Source: an uncultured bacterium
GTDB taxonomy: Bacteria; Chloroflexota; UBA5177; JANWHV01
Reading direction: 5' to 3'
Length of the DNA: 64,000 bases
Assembly: GCA_963827235.1 (NCBI GenBank)
Contig: CAWHAE010000012.1
Span: forward strand, 1,152,001 to 1,216,000
Shown here in pieces: positions 43,275-53,790 of this stretch. The position numbers and the translations under genes are program-made. Under the pieces are notes generated by a model that saw nothing but the letters and a program-made list of their open reading frames with translations, made no database searches and was not told the DNA's origin. Numbering within the stretch: the stretch's first letter is position 1; each line of letters begins with the position of its first letter.

Positions 43275-44932
43275 TCCTGCTCCTTGTTCGCTTCGCGGGC
43301 CATCGGCTGCCGGTCTCGTGCTACGGCGCGAGCGGGTGTGGCCGCTGACCGCGCCCGCGACCGCGCTGGGCCGGAATTCACCCTGCTCCCGCTCGATGCC
43401 TGCCAGTAATCCCGGCGCACTCTCCCCGGTCGAGCGCACCGCTATGCCCGCAGGCGCGGCTATCGTGAACTCGCGCAAACTGAGGTCGTGCGCCGAGAAT
43501 CGCATCTTGAGCACCGACAACACCCGGTAGAAGTGCCCGCGATAGATCACGCCCTGCAGCCACAGCACGTTCTCCGCGATGCCGCGAGCTCAGGTCCGTC
43601 TCCAGCTCCAGGTCCGACCCCGCAAGCGGGCCCGTCTCTTTCGTGAACAGCGCGCTGATCCGCCGCCGCTGCAGGGCGGCAATCAATGCCGAGAGGTAGT
43701 TCTGCACCCGCCGCGGACTGCTCCCTTCGCTCACCGCCCGCTCGACCACGGCGATGCTGTCGATGACCAGCCGCCGCGCCCCCGTGCCGTCGAGCGCACC
43801 CAGCAACTGGTCGGCCAGCGCGTCGGCATCCAGCTCTACCGCCGGATAGTGCAGCAGCGTCAGACCGCCTCCGGGCGCCAGCGCGGCCCGCAGCTCCTGG
43901 CCCAGGTTGAAGGCATCCGCCTTGAGCAGCAGCTGGCGCCGGTCCTCGTGAAACCCCAGGAACACTACCGGCTCGCCCGCCCGTACCCCGGCCAGGGCAA
44001 AGTGCAGGCCCAGCAGCGTCTTGCCTGAGCCCCCGCTGCCGATCACGATGGTGGTCGTGGCACGCGTCAGCCCACCCCCAAGCAGCGCATCCAGGGCCGG
44101 AAGGTCAAAGGTCGCCCGCTCGAGCGCTGCCGCCTCGACAGCCGCCGCCGGCTCGCCGTCGTCTCGGTCCGCCGCCGTCACGGCCTGGCGGCGCCTGTCG
44201 CACGACCCGGGCCTCCAGTCGCGGCGAGGTCACTACCCCCGCGCTACTCAGCTCCAGGCTGTGCAGACCCGACAGCGGCGTGGCACCCCGCGCCTTCACC
44301 ACCTCCAACCGCCGCCGCTGCCGCTCGCCGTCCACGCCAAAGTGCAGCCCGATGATCGTGTCCGCCGTCGTCGCCTCCGGAAAGAACTGCGGATCCCGAA
44401 TCTCCGCCTCGGCGGTGATGATGGTGGTCGTCTCCTGCGCGCTCAGCGTGGTGCCGACGTCGAACAGGAACTGCCGCCCTGCCAGCGGCTCCGCGTCGAC
44501 GGCCCGCATGCCGCTGAACCCGTCCAGCACCACCAGGCTCGCCCGCTCCGCCCGCACCAGATGGATCAGCGACTGGCTCGCTCCCGCCAGCCCGGCACTC
44601 AGAAACGGCTGCAGACTGAGCAGCTTCACCCGCTCGCCGATCAGCGTGGGATCGTAGAACGCGTAGGCACTCAGGTGCGCCAGCAGCTTGCTCGGCGCTT
44701 CCGACAGCACGCTGAAGATCAGCACCTGCCGCCCCGCCCGCGCCGCCGCCCAGGCCATCTGCAGGGCCAGCGTCGTCTTCCCCGAGCCCGGCGGCCCCAC
44801 CACGATCGCCAGTGTGCCGCGTGCCAGACCGCCGCCCAGAATCAGGTCGAGGTTCGGCACGCCGCTTGGGTCGACCACCCTCGGCGCCGCGTCCACGACC
44901 GTGCTCGACGTTACCTGCTTGAGCTCATGCAT
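43271..44932 (-). CDS. KaiC-like double ATPase, duplicate of 47730..49388 (three +1 insertions at ~44191, ~43580, ~43322)
   Basis: Near-identical nucleotide sequence to the intact copy; GPPGSGKT and GSGGSGKT. Confidence 0.85.
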
Positions 44933-44946
44933 GTAGCCCTCCCCAG

Positions 44947-45125
44947 TCACTTCACAGCCGTAGTGTGATTTGCCTCCTCCAACGTGGATGGCATGCTGGG
45001 TTTCCGCTCTGCCTCACCCCCGGGGAAGCACGAGAGCGATCGCGGTTCCGTGCCAGCCGTCTGCGCATGCCGCGGCCTTGCGCGGTGCACAGACTGCTTT
45101 CCACCCAGATAAGGAGCTTGGCCAT
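44947..45125 (-). pseudogene. internally deleted remnant of the MerR-PAS-histidine kinase gene
   Basis: MAKLL is joined directly to IWVESS, followed by a WHGTAIALVLP-like segment and ...AVK*, matching the first 5 and last ~65 codons of 49403..50992. Confidence 0.85.
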
Positions 45126-45194
45126 CCTGACTTCCCCCAGCTGTACGTGGTGACGCGCATCGGTGGCAACGGGCTCCGCGACTTGACTGAGCAC

Positions 45195-45370
45195 CATTAT
45201 CCAGATGTACCTCACACCTAACTGTACAATCATAGCAGCAACCAGGTACAATAGCCAGAGTCTATTGAGGCTATGTCTTGACACAGTGATTGGACCCGCC
45301 TATACTCCAGACACCGCCCCGGCTCTCGCGCCGAAGACGCACCGAGAATGCAACGCGGTACAGCTCTGGG
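45195..45370. repeat. copy 2 of the bidirectional control region (palindrome 45249..45267; TTGACA-N17-TATACT at 45278..45306)
   Basis: Aligned by eye with the 7075..7300 and 51020..51200 copies. Confidence 0.85.
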
Positions 45371-45642
45371 AGGCAGCCGTCAGGGCCTTGGCAGCCACTC
45401 CGAAGAGCGAAGCGGTCTCGGGGCGTGCAGGCCGTGGTGGAGACTCCCGCCACGAGGATCGTCGTGGCACCTGCCGGCATGGGGGCACCATACCGGAAAG
45501 TGATGCCAATCAAGGAGCGAAAACCGGCGACCATGCTTCGACAGCGCTCGGGACCGGCGACGACAACTGGACGCACTCACCGTTGGCGCCAGCAGCTCCA
45601 TTCTGGCTCGACTGCTCGCACGAGTATTCAAGGAGGCACGGC

Positions 45643-45990
45643 ATGCAGCACGGTAACGGTATCCATATTGAGAACAGCGAGCCGCAGAAGAGCGCCCTCG
45701 TCGACGGGCTGCTGCAAGACGGAATCGACCGCGCGGCATCCTGGCGAGCACGCCTACGGGAGTCGACGATGGCACGGCAGGCGGCCGAGCGTCGCTATGC
45801 CCGTGAGGGGTCGGCAGCAAGTGCCAACAGTCCCGAGTCCTCGGCCCTGGCCCGAGAACGAGCGGTTGTTCTCCGGATGGAGTTGACGCGCATCGTGGCC
45901 GAGGATCGGGCTTGGATGCAGCAGCATGGTGTCGAAATGCTCGAGCCTCTCACGCGCAAGCGCCGCTCAGAGAGAAGCACACAGCCTTAG
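45643..45990 (+). CDS. small helical hypothetical protein
   Basis: AAGGAGG RBS; 115 aa starting MQHGNGIHIENSEPQK. Confidence 0.6.
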   Translation: MQHGNGIHIENSEPQKSALVDGLLQDGIDRAASWRARLRESTMARQAAERRYAREGSAASANSPESSALARERAVVLRMELTRIVAEDRAWMQQHGVEMLEPLTRKRRSERSTQP

Positions 45991-46126
45991 AACGCAGTCC
46001 ACGGTTCTTCCGGCATCGATCTGAGCGCCCGGGCGTCGAACTCCGGTGGGCCCCTCGTGGCCACATCGCAGCCCGCCGGCCACGGGCGATCGCATGGAAT
46101 GCCCATTCGGAGAGCCGGCGCGTGCT

Positions 46127-47263
46127 CTATCGCGTACGGTCCCTCGCCTTTTCGCGTTTCTCCTGGTCACGCACGGTCTGCAATACGGGCTGCGGAGCCC
46201 GTCCGCGCAGCTCGCGCCAGGCTACCGTGCCCACCGCCTGCAACAAGCCGGCCAGCGGAGCAGCAAACAGAGCTCCCCAGATGCCGAACAGCTCGCTCCC
46301 CGCCACCAGGCCGATCAGCGCAGTTGCCGGATGGATGCCGACGGCCTTGCCCATCACGCGCGGGCCCACGATATCACCCTCGATGACGTGCACGACGGCG
46401 AAATAGGCAAGGACCACGAGCGAGAGAACCCAGCCCTGGAAGAACGCGACCAGGACGCATACGGCGCCGGAAACGAGCACGCCGATGATCGGAATGAACT
46501 CCATGAAGAAGGCGAGGACGCCCAGCAAGATGGCATAGGGGACGTGGAGGATCGACATCCCGCCGCCAACCAGTATTCCGATGAGCAGCGCCATGGTCAA
46601 CGTGCCGCGTATGTAGCCGCCCACCACCTGGTTCACAATACCGATCAGCTGGGTTGTGCGCTCGCGATATGCCCCGGGCGTCTCGCGGCGCAACCGCTGG
46701 GATATGCGTGGGCCGTTAGCCGTGAGATAGACACTGAGAATCAGAATGAGAATCATGTCGATGACCGTGTTGACGATCCCGGAGACGATTCCCAACGATT
46801 GCGTTGCAGCGGCCGTGCCCGTGCTCTGGAGATAGGTAATCGCCTGCTGCTGCGTGTGGTCGAGCTTCGCTTGAGTAACCCCGAAGGGTTTGAGCGCCGT
46901 AAGGAGCTGCGGCTCGAAGCGCTTGAGCTGAAGCTGGTATTTCGGCAGGTTGTCGACCAAGCTTGTGACCTGGTTTGCCGCCGTGTCCACGATCAGCGCG
47001 AGCAGCCCGAGAATCACGGCGAAGCCAAGCACGTAGGCCGCGGCAATCGCCAGCGGCCGCGGCATCCAGCGCGCCAACACCTTGACCAGCGGCGTGAGCG
47101 CGAACGCCACGATGCCGCCGAGCAGCAGCACCAGGATGGTCTTGGTGACGTGGGCGAGCAGCCATACGCCGACCACGAGCACGCCGGCCCAGGCCAGGAT
47201 GATCAGCGGCAGGTACAGCGCGCGCTGCCATGCCGCGGGCACCTTGTCAGTATCGGCGCTCAT
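46127..47263 (-). CDS. AI-2E family transporter
   Basis: AFALTPLV, GGYIRG, MEFIPIIG, IEGDIVGPRVMGKAVGIHP, FGIWGALFAAP. Confidence 0.93.
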   Translation of the reverse strand: MSADTDKVPAAWQRALYLPLIILAWAGVLVVGVWLLAHVTKTILVLLLGGIVAFALTPLVKVLARWMPRPLAIAAAYVLGFAVILGLLALIVDTAANQVTSLVDNLPKYQLQLKRFEPQLLTALKPFGVTQAKLDHTQQQAITYLQSTGTAAATQSLGIVSGIVNTVIDMILILILSVYLTANGPRISQRLRRETPGAYRERTTQLIGIVNQVVGGYIRGTLTMALLIGILVGGGMSILHVPYAILLGVLAFFMEFIPIIGVLVSGAVCVLVAFFQGWVLSLVVLAYFAVVHVIEGDIVGPRVMGKAVGIHPATALIGLVAGSELFGIWGALFAAPLAGLLQAVGTVAWRELRGRAPQPVLQTVRDQEKREKARDRTR

Positions 47264-47733
47264 CGTGATTCAGGGTGCCGATCCGACTGATCGTCCGCGG
47301 ACACCGGGCCCGTCGCGGCAGTGGGTTCGGGTGCCAGGAAGCGCCGCAGCACGACCTCCAGATCCTCAAGATGGAACGGCTTGCGCAGCACCGTGTCGGC
47401 ACCGGCCGCCCGAGCGCGGGGAAGGCTGGCGCCGGTCATCACGACGATCGGCGGCGCGCTCGTGCCGTCGCCCTTGGCATCCGCTCGCAACGCGGCAATG
47501 ACGGCCTCGCCATCCAGGTACGGCAGCATCAGGTCGAGGATGAGCAGCGCCGGACGCCGTGCCCGTGCGAGCTCCAGCGCCTCTCGCCCGTGCAGGGCGA
47601 TCAGCGGCGTGTAGCCCGCTTCGCGCACGATGAAGGCGACGGTCTCCGCCAGCGGCTCCTCGTCGTCGGCGATCAGCACCACGGCCGCCTCCCGTGCATC
47701 CTGGGATGCTTGCGTGCTGGTCGTGCCGCTCAT
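47260..47733 (-). CDS. single-domain CheY-like receiver, copy 1
   Basis: VLIADDEE, LILDLMLP, VVMT, KPF; ATGA overlaps on both sides. Confidence 0.92.
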   Translation of the reverse strand: MSGTTSTQASQDAREAAVVLIADDEEPLAETVAFIVREAGYTPLIALHGREALELARARRPALLILDLMLPYLDGEAVIAALRADAKGDGTSAPPIVVMTGASLPRARAAGADTVLRKPFHLEDLEVVLRRFLAPEPTAATGPVSADDQSDRHPESR

Positions 47734-49388
47734 GCCTGCTCCCTGTTCGCTTCGCGGGCCATCGCTTGCCGGTCTCGTGCACGGCGCGAGCGGGTGTGGC
47801 CGCTGACCGCGCCCGCGACCGCGCTGGGCCGGAATTCACCCTGCTCCCGCTCGATGCTCGCCAGCAATCCCGGCGCACTCTCCAGCGGACCGCGCACGGC
47901 AATGCCGGCGGGCGCGGCTATCGTGAACTCGCGCAGCGTGAGGTCGTGTGGCGAGTACCGCATCTTGAGCACCGACAACACCCGGTACAGCCGCCCGCGC
48001 AAGATCACGGCCTGCAGCCACACCACGTTCTCCGCTACACCCGAGCTCAGGTCCGTCTCCAGCTCCAGGTCGGACCCGGCAAGCGGGCCGGTCTCCTTCG
48101 TGAACAGCGCGCTGATCCGCCGCCGCTGCAGGGCGGCAATCAATGCCGAGAGGTAGTTCTGCACCCGCCGCGGACTGCTCCCTTCGCTCACCGCCCGCTC
48201 GACCACGGCGATGCTGTCGATGACCAGCCGCCGCGCCCCCGTGCCGTCGAGCGCACCCAGCAACTGGTCGGCCAGCGCGTCGGCATCCAGCTCTACCGCC
48301 GGATAGTGCAGCAACGTCAGACCGCCTCCGGGCGCCAGCGCGGCCCGCAGCTCCTGGCCCAGGTTGAAGGCATCCGCCTTGAGCAGCAGCTGGCGCCGGT
48401 CCTCGTGAAACCCCAGGAACACCACCGGCTCGCCCGCCCGTACCCCGGCCAGGGCAAAGTGCAGGCCCAGCAGCGTCTTGCCTGAGCCCCCGCTCCCGAT
48501 CACGATCGTGGTCGTGGCACGCGTCAGCCCACCCCCAAGCAGCGCATCCAGGGCCGGAAGGTCAAAGGTCGCCCGCTCGAGCGCTGCCGCCTCGACAGCC
48601 GCCGCCGGCTCGCCGTCGTCTCGGTCCGCCGCCGTCACGGCCTGGCGGGCCTGGCGCACGACCCGGGCCTCCAGTCGCGGCGAGGTCACTACCCCCGCGG
48701 CACTCAGCTCCAGGCTGTGCAGACCCGACAGCGGCGTGGCACCCCGCGCCTTCACCACCTCCAACCGCCGCCGCTGCCGCTCGCCGTCCACGCCAAAGTG
48801 CAGCCCGATGATCGTGTCCGCCGTCGTCGCCTCCGGAAAGAACCGCGGATCCCGAATCTCCGCCTCGGCGGTGATGATGGTGGTCGTCTCCTGCGCGCTC
48901 AGCGTGGTGCCCACGTCGAACAGGAACTGCCGCCCTGCCAGCGGCTCCGCGTCGACGGCCCGCATGCCGCTGAACCCGTCCAGCACCACCAAGCTGGCCC
49001 GCTCCGCCCGCACCAGATGGATCAGCGACTGGCTCGCTCCCGCCAGCCCGGCACTCAGAAACGGCTGCAGGCTGAGCAGCTTCACCCGCTCGCCGATCAG
49101 CGTGGGATCGTAGAACGCGTAGGCACTCAGGTGCGCCAGCAGCTTGCTCGGCGCTTCCGACAGCACGCTGAAGATCAGCACCTGCCGCCCCGCCCGCGCC
49201 GCCGCCCAGGCCATCTGCAGGGCCAGCGTCGTCTTCCCCGAGCCCGGCGGCCCCACCACGATCGCCAGTGTGCCGCGTGCCAGACCGCCGCCCAGAATCA
49301 GGTCGAGGTTCGGCACGCCGCTTGGGTCGACCACCCTCGGCGCCGCGTCCACGACCGTGCTCGACGTTACCTGCTTGAGCTCATGCAT
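47730..49388 (-). CDS. KaiC-like double RecA-type ATPase (module B)
   Basis: SGVPNLDLILGGGL, GPPGSGKT, RRLEVVKARG; LDALLGGGL, GSGGSGKT, LVIDSI, LSVLKMR; GGGGAGG RBS before ATG 49388. Confidence 0.92.
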   Translation of the reverse strand: MHELKQVTSSTVVDAAPRVVDPSGVPNLDLILGGGLARGTLAIVVGPPGSGKTTLALQMAWAAARAGRQVLIFSVLSEAPSKLLAHLSAYAFYDPTLIGERVKLLSLQPFLSAGLAGASQSLIHLVRAERASLVVLDGFSGMRAVDAEPLAGRQFLFDVGTTLSAQETTTIITAEAEIRDPRFFPEATTADTIIGLHFGVDGERQRRRLEVVKARGATPLSGLHSLELSAAGVVTSPRLEARVVRQARQAVTAADRDDGEPAAAVEAAALERATFDLPALDALLGGGLTRATTTIVIGSGGSGKTLLGLHFALAGVRAGEPVVFLGFHEDRRQLLLKADAFNLGQELRAALAPGGGLTLLHYPAVELDADALADQLLGALDGTGARRLVIDSIAVVERAVSEGSSPRRVQNYLSALIAALQRRRISALFTKETGPLAGSDLELETDLSSGVAENVVWLQAVILRGRLYRVLSVLKMRYSPHDLTLREFTIAAPAGIAVRGPLESAPGLLASIEREQGEFRPSAVAGAVSGHTRSRRARDRQAMAREANREQA

Positions 49389-49402
49389 GTAGTCCTCCCC
49401 AG

Positions 49403-50992
49403 TCACTTCACAGCCATGGCGCTCGTCACGGCCATGCCGCTCGTCACGGCCGTCTTCTGCCCTGCCCGTTTCGACGTACCGAGCATGCCCGGCTTCTGCG
49501 CTTCTCCGCCCAGGGGAAGCACGATCGCTACCACGGTCCCGTGCCAGCTGCTCGCCGAATCTTCCGCGTCGACAGCGGGCACACTCCGTTCCACCCAGAT
49601 GTGGCCGCCGTGCGCGGACACGATGGCCCGGCACACGTACAGGCCAAGCCCTGCACCCCGTGTCCCGGTCTCGGCATCGGGCGCCCGCCAGTAGCGATCG
49701 AACACGTGCGGCAGGGCGGCCGGCGCGATGCCTATGCCCGTATCCGCCACGCGCACCCACGCCCAGCCGCCGGCCTCATCCGGCGCCGCGTCCTTCGTCA
49801 CCGCCCCGTCGGCCGTCTGCACGGGCGGCGCTGCCGCCATCTCAAGTCGCACCTCGATCGTACCCCCGTCCGGTGAGTACTTGATCGCGTTGCTCAACAG
49901 ATTGTCTAGCACCTGTCGCAGCCGGATGCGATCGCCGGCCACCATCAGCGGTCCAGGCGGCCCCGCGACCGTGACCCGGTGCCGCGACGTCTGCTGCAGC
50001 GCATCTTCGGCCGCCTGCAGCGCCATTGCCGTCAGGTCCACGCCTTCCGGATCCAGGTCGTGAATGAGCAGTCCCTTGGTGGCCCGGGACGCGTCCAGCA
50101 CGGTCTGCATCACCCGAATCAGGTGCTCCGTGCTGCGCTCAGCGACAGCCAGGTGGTGCATGACCTGCTGTGTCGCCGCCTCGTCCCCCGCGCGCAGCCT
50201 GGCGCCGACATGGCGGGCCAGTTGCAGTCGCCCCAGAATGGTGGTCACCGGGTTGCGCAGATCATGCGCCGCCACCGCGAGCCAGTCCTCGGGCAGCAGA
50301 GAGGCATCCGGCGGCATCACGCGGCCCACGCCCACGGCGCCCGTAGACTGGCCCTCCTCGTCCCGCAGCGGTGTGACCGTCCACGACGTCTGCAATTGCT
50401 CGCCTGTCGCGCCGGGCAGCAGCAGCGTTACGTCCCGGTGCCGCGTGCCGGTCTGCGCGGCCCAGCGCAGCGGCAGCGTCTCCAGCGCGAGCGGCGGCAG
50501 CTCGCCGTCGAGGGAGCGCGCGGGTACGTCCGCTTCAAGATGCTCCGGCTCCAGGTGCAGCAGTGCCCGCAGGGCCGGATTCATCGAGGTAACACGTCCT
50601 TCGCGGTCTCCCACGACCACGAGGTCGGCCATTCCCGCGACCACCGCCTGCCAGTATGCCGCATCGCTCATCACCGCCGGTCCGTCGGCGCCCGGCAGGC
50701 CCGCGTAGTCCTCGGGTCCGGGCACCAGGGCGCCGCTGTCGAGCTCCTTCGCCACACGGCGCAGACTGCCCCGCCGCCCCGGCTTCAGCAGGGAGCGCGC
50801 GATGAGCCGCACGCGCGCCATGTCGTCGATCGAATACAAGCGCGTTGCCCTGGGCGATCGCAGGGGCCGCAGGATTCCGGCGTCCTCCCAGGAGCGCAGC
50901 CGCGGCGGCGGCACTCCGGTGAACGCCGCGACGTCGGCTATGAGGAAGGTGGCTTTCTGCTCGAGCACCGTCTCCTGAAGGAGCTTGGCCAT
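49403..50992 (-). CDS. MerR-type HTH - PAS - HisKA - HATPase fusion (soluble histidine kinase with a DNA-binding domain)
   Basis: IADVAAFTGVPPPRLRSWEDAGILRPLR...RLYSIDD; PAS (LVVVGDREGRVTSMNPA...PLRDEEG); AAHDLRNP; NAIKYSP, DTGIGI, GAGLGL; no TM segment. Confidence 0.92.
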   Translation of the reverse strand: MAKLLQETVLEQKATFLIADVAAFTGVPPPRLRSWEDAGILRPLRSPRATRLYSIDDMARVRLIARSLLKPGRRGSLRRVAKELDSGALVPGPEDYAGLPGADGPAVMSDAAYWQAVVAGMADLVVVGDREGRVTSMNPALRALLHLEPEHLEADVPARSLDGELPPLALETLPLRWAAQTGTRHRDVTLLLPGATGEQLQTSWTVTPLRDEEGQSTGAVGVGRVMPPDASLLPEDWLAVAAHDLRNPVTTILGRLQLARHVGARLRAGDEAATQQVMHHLAVAERSTEHLIRVMQTVLDASRATKGLLIHDLDPEGVDLTAMALQAAEDALQQTSRHRVTVAGPPGPLMVAGDRIRLRQVLDNLLSNAIKYSPDGGTIEVRLEMAAAPPVQTADGAVTKDAAPDEAGGWAWVRVADTGIGIAPAALPHVFDRYWRAPDAETGTRGAGLGLYVCRAIVSAHGGHIWVERSVPAVDAEDSASSWHGTVVAIVLPLGGEAQKPGMLGTSKRAGQKTAVTSGMAVTSAMAVK

Positions 50993-51019
50993 CTTGCACT
51001 CTCCTGTTTTGTGTGTGCA

Positions 51020-51200
51020 GACACGTGACCCGCGTGCACTGCCCTCGAACGAGTCTCCTCGCCATTGTCCAGATGAGCTTCAGACCTATACCATCCAGCA
51101 TACCAGCAGCCCGCACCAATAGCCAGAGTCTATTGAGTCTATATCTTGACACGTTGTGTGCACCCGCCCATACTGCAGACGCACTCCTCTCCACGCTCGC
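51020..51200. promoter_or_regulatory. copy 3 (native position) of the bidirectional control region
   Basis: CAATAG-N7-CTATTG at 51117..51135; rightward TTGACA-N17-CATACT at 51146..51174; leftward TGGCTA-N17-(TGG)TATGCT. Confidence 0.8.
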
Positions 51201-51307
51201 CGGTCGTGCCGACGTGAAGCAGGGTCAGGCACCGACATGCAGCGCCAGCCCGGACCGCGTCCCGGCGCGACGCGTACACGTGCGGCACGAACGCTGGAGG
51301 ATCCAGG

Positions 51308-52267
51308 ATGAATACGCTGTTCTCGAGACATGATGCATATCGTATAGATCACCTGATCACGCTCGCGGGCGTGGTCGCACCGTTTGTCGCCCTTCTCTAC
51401 GCCATCCATCAGCTCTGGGATCGTGCGGTAACCGGCCAGGACCTCGTCCTCTGCGCCGTACTGTACGCGCTGACGGGGATGGGCATCACGATTGGATTTC
51501 ACCGCCTGGCGACGCATCGCAGCTTCGTTGCCGCGGTGCCGCTACGCGCCTTGCTGCTCGCATTGGGCTCGATGGCGGTAGAAGGCCCGGTGATCTACTG
51601 GGTATCGACGCATCTGGAGCACCACGCCAAGAGCGATCGCGAAGGCGATCCGCACAGTCCGCGGGACGGCTTCTGGCACGCTCACCTGGGCTGGATGTTC
51701 GGCGCTTTCTCCGCGTCACCCTCGACCTATGGCCGCCATCTGCTGCACGATCGGCTCGTACAGTTCATGTCGCGCACGTTCGTCGGCTGGGTCGTTCTGA
51801 GCTTCGCCGTGCCTGGGCTGCTGGACGGCTGGCTCTCGCGCGGCAGTGCCGGCGGCTTCGGCACGGGATTCTGGCATGGCATACTCTGGGGAGCATTGGT
51901 TCGCATGTGTCTGACCCATCACGTGACCTGGAGCGTGAACTCCATTTGCCACACCTTCGGCCGTCGTCCCTTCGCCGCGACGCGGGATCGCAGTCGCAAC
52001 AACTGGGTCGTGGGACTGCTGGCCTTTGGCGAGGGCTGGCACAACAACCACCATGCATTTCCTTCTGCCGCCTACCACGGCTTCGCCTGGTGGCAATTCG
52101 ACATGTCGGCATATCTGATTCGACTGTTCAAGGTCGCCGGATTGGCCACGAAGGTGCAGATGCCGACTGCTGAAGCCGTGACACGAGAGCGCGCTCGAAC
52201 CAGACCCGCCGACGCGGCGGTTGTCGCCGGGGCCGGCTGGGAGTCTACCGTACGCCGGGCGAGGTAG
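51308..52267 (+). CDS. acyl-CoA/acyl-lipid delta-9-type fatty acid desaturase
   Basis: His boxes HRLATHRSF, HLEHH, GEGWHNNHH; also GDPHSP. Confidence 0.95.
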   Translation: MNTLFSRHDAYRIDHLITLAGVVAPFVALLYAIHQLWDRAVTGQDLVLCAVLYALTGMGITIGFHRLATHRSFVAAVPLRALLLALGSMAVEGPVIYWVSTHLEHHAKSDREGDPHSPRDGFWHAHLGWMFGAFSASPSTYGRHLLHDRLVQFMSRTFVGWVVLSFAVPGLLDGWLSRGSAGGFGTGFWHGILWGALVRMCLTHHVTWSVNSICHTFGRRPFAATRDRSRNNWVVGLLAFGEGWHNNHHAFPSAAYHGFAWWQFDMSAYLIRLFKVAGLATKVQMPTAEAVTRERARTRPADAAVVAGAGWESTVRRAR

Positions 52268-52698
52268 CACAACCGTTGCGCGAAACCGCAGGCGAGTGGG
52301 ACGCGATTGACGGCATATCCAGGCCGGCGTAGGATGATTGTAGCGCGAGGAACAATTGGTAGCTGACAGCTCCCCATCCTCTGCCTAGAACGGAGACTTC
52401 CCATGTACGTAATGAGGAAGCCGAACGTGTTCTTTGGAGTGCTTCAAGTTGACTGATGTCGGCCCCACGATCCGGCTCCGCGAGCATGACGCGAGCCTCG
52501 AGGATTGTTGGGCTGTAACCCGGGTATGGCCAATTGCGGGCCGACCGCCGATTGACCGCCAGCGCATAGCTCAGGCTTCAACGGGCCTTGGGGCTTGCCG
52601 TGGCAAAGTCAGCGAGCTTATCGCATCGGTGCTCTTGGCTTGACGTGCCTTTTGTCGGGTGCGGGAGCACAGATCTTACCGCGCCGAAGGTAGATGTG

Positions 52699-52740
52699 GT
52701 GGGGAGGGGTTGCGCGTGCAGCCCCTCCCCACTTGTTTGT
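52699..52740. terminator. terminator hairpin between convergent genes
   Basis: gtggggaggggttgc-gcgt-gcagcccctccccac followed by ttgtttgt. Confidence 0.65.
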
Positions 52741-52790
52741 GGCAGCTGCGCGCAAGACAACCGCATGCGTGCAGTGGTCCGGCAGTGCCG

Positions 52791-53147
52791 CTACGGCCTG
52801 CCGTCCACCACGAGCCGGATACGGCGCAACGTGCGCTCCGCCTGCGCAAGGCTGGTCGGAGTGTTGTCGCGCAGCTCCGAAATGGCCATGATCATCAGGC
52901 TGAGCGCGCGATCCTCGTGCCGCTCCAGGCCTTTGGATTCCAGTGTCAGTGCCCGTGCATAGTGGCGATCCAGCTCGGCCATAGACAGCGAAGCAGGCCT
53001 CTCCGCCCCGTGCATCGCGCGCACGTAGCCGAGGCAGGCGGCCAGGTCGGGCCGCGTTATCGCTGGACACGCTGATAGACGCGTCTGGGCCAGATCGAGA
53101 AGCCGACCCACATCCGCGACGGGTACCGGTGCCGAGATCTCTGACAT
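52791..53147 (-). CDS. hypothetical helical protein
   Basis: 118 aa starting MSEISAPVPVADVGRLLDLAQ; AGGA RBS. Confidence 0.55.
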   Translation of the reverse strand: MSEISAPVPVADVGRLLDLAQTRLSACPAITRPDLAACLGYVRAMHGAERPASLSMAELDRHYARALTLESKGLERHEDRALSLMIMAISELRDNTPTSLAQAERTLRRIRLVVDGRP

Positions 53148-53790
53148 CTTTACATTCCTATCGCATACTTGCGGCTGACGTACTGCAATGATGGTTCGCA
53201 CGAATGCCAGCGCGGCGCTCGACGCAGCGGCAGGCTCGTCAGCTGCGTTGTCATCTTCGCGCGGGTCCACTGCCGGGAACCGACCCGACGGAGAGTGCGG
53301 CGGCGTCTGCCAGGGCGGTCTCCAGCCCCACAGCCCGTTTCCTTTATCGTTGGCGAGCACAGCGCGAGCAGGTGAGCTCGTGCAGCGCATCGAGGATGGC
53401 AGCGCGATCCAGCGGTAGGGACCGGCTCGTCCACGTGGTCGAGTATAGCACGAAAAGACTCTTACCATATGCCGACGGTCGCGCCGCTCTTGCGCTGTAA
53501 CTGTGAAGGAATTAAGAGAAATTTCTCAGCTATAGCGCTCCGGTTGGCCGGCTCAGTGCCCATATCAGTCGTACCGAGCGCGACACCAATACCCAGATCA
53601 AGATGGAACCCGCTGCCAAGAGCTGCCACGGCTCGATTCTGGTGCGCGGATATCGCCACCTGCGCCCGGGGCTAGAACGGCTCCGTCGGACAAGCCTGAA
53701 GGCGGTCAGCCGGTGCCGGCGTGTCGTGGGCGGGCTGCAGCCAATAGATTGGCGCCCAGCCGGACTCGTCGCTCGTGACTCTTTTGCCGG

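Noticed and set aside
42825-43568. KaiC-receiver fusion protein
   Set aside because: Caused by one extra base at ~43322 relative to the intact copy, which has an ATGA overlap instead.
39972-49388. A bona fide circadian clock (kaiABC)
   Set aside because: No kaiA or kaiB in the window. Two of the three ATPases lack the EE pair and A-loop tail, so they are called KaiC-like only.
49403-49455. 18-bp tandem repeat (AVTSGM/AVTSAM/AVK) at the kinase 3' end
   Set aside because: A short slippage repeat in a disordered tail; no evidence of function.
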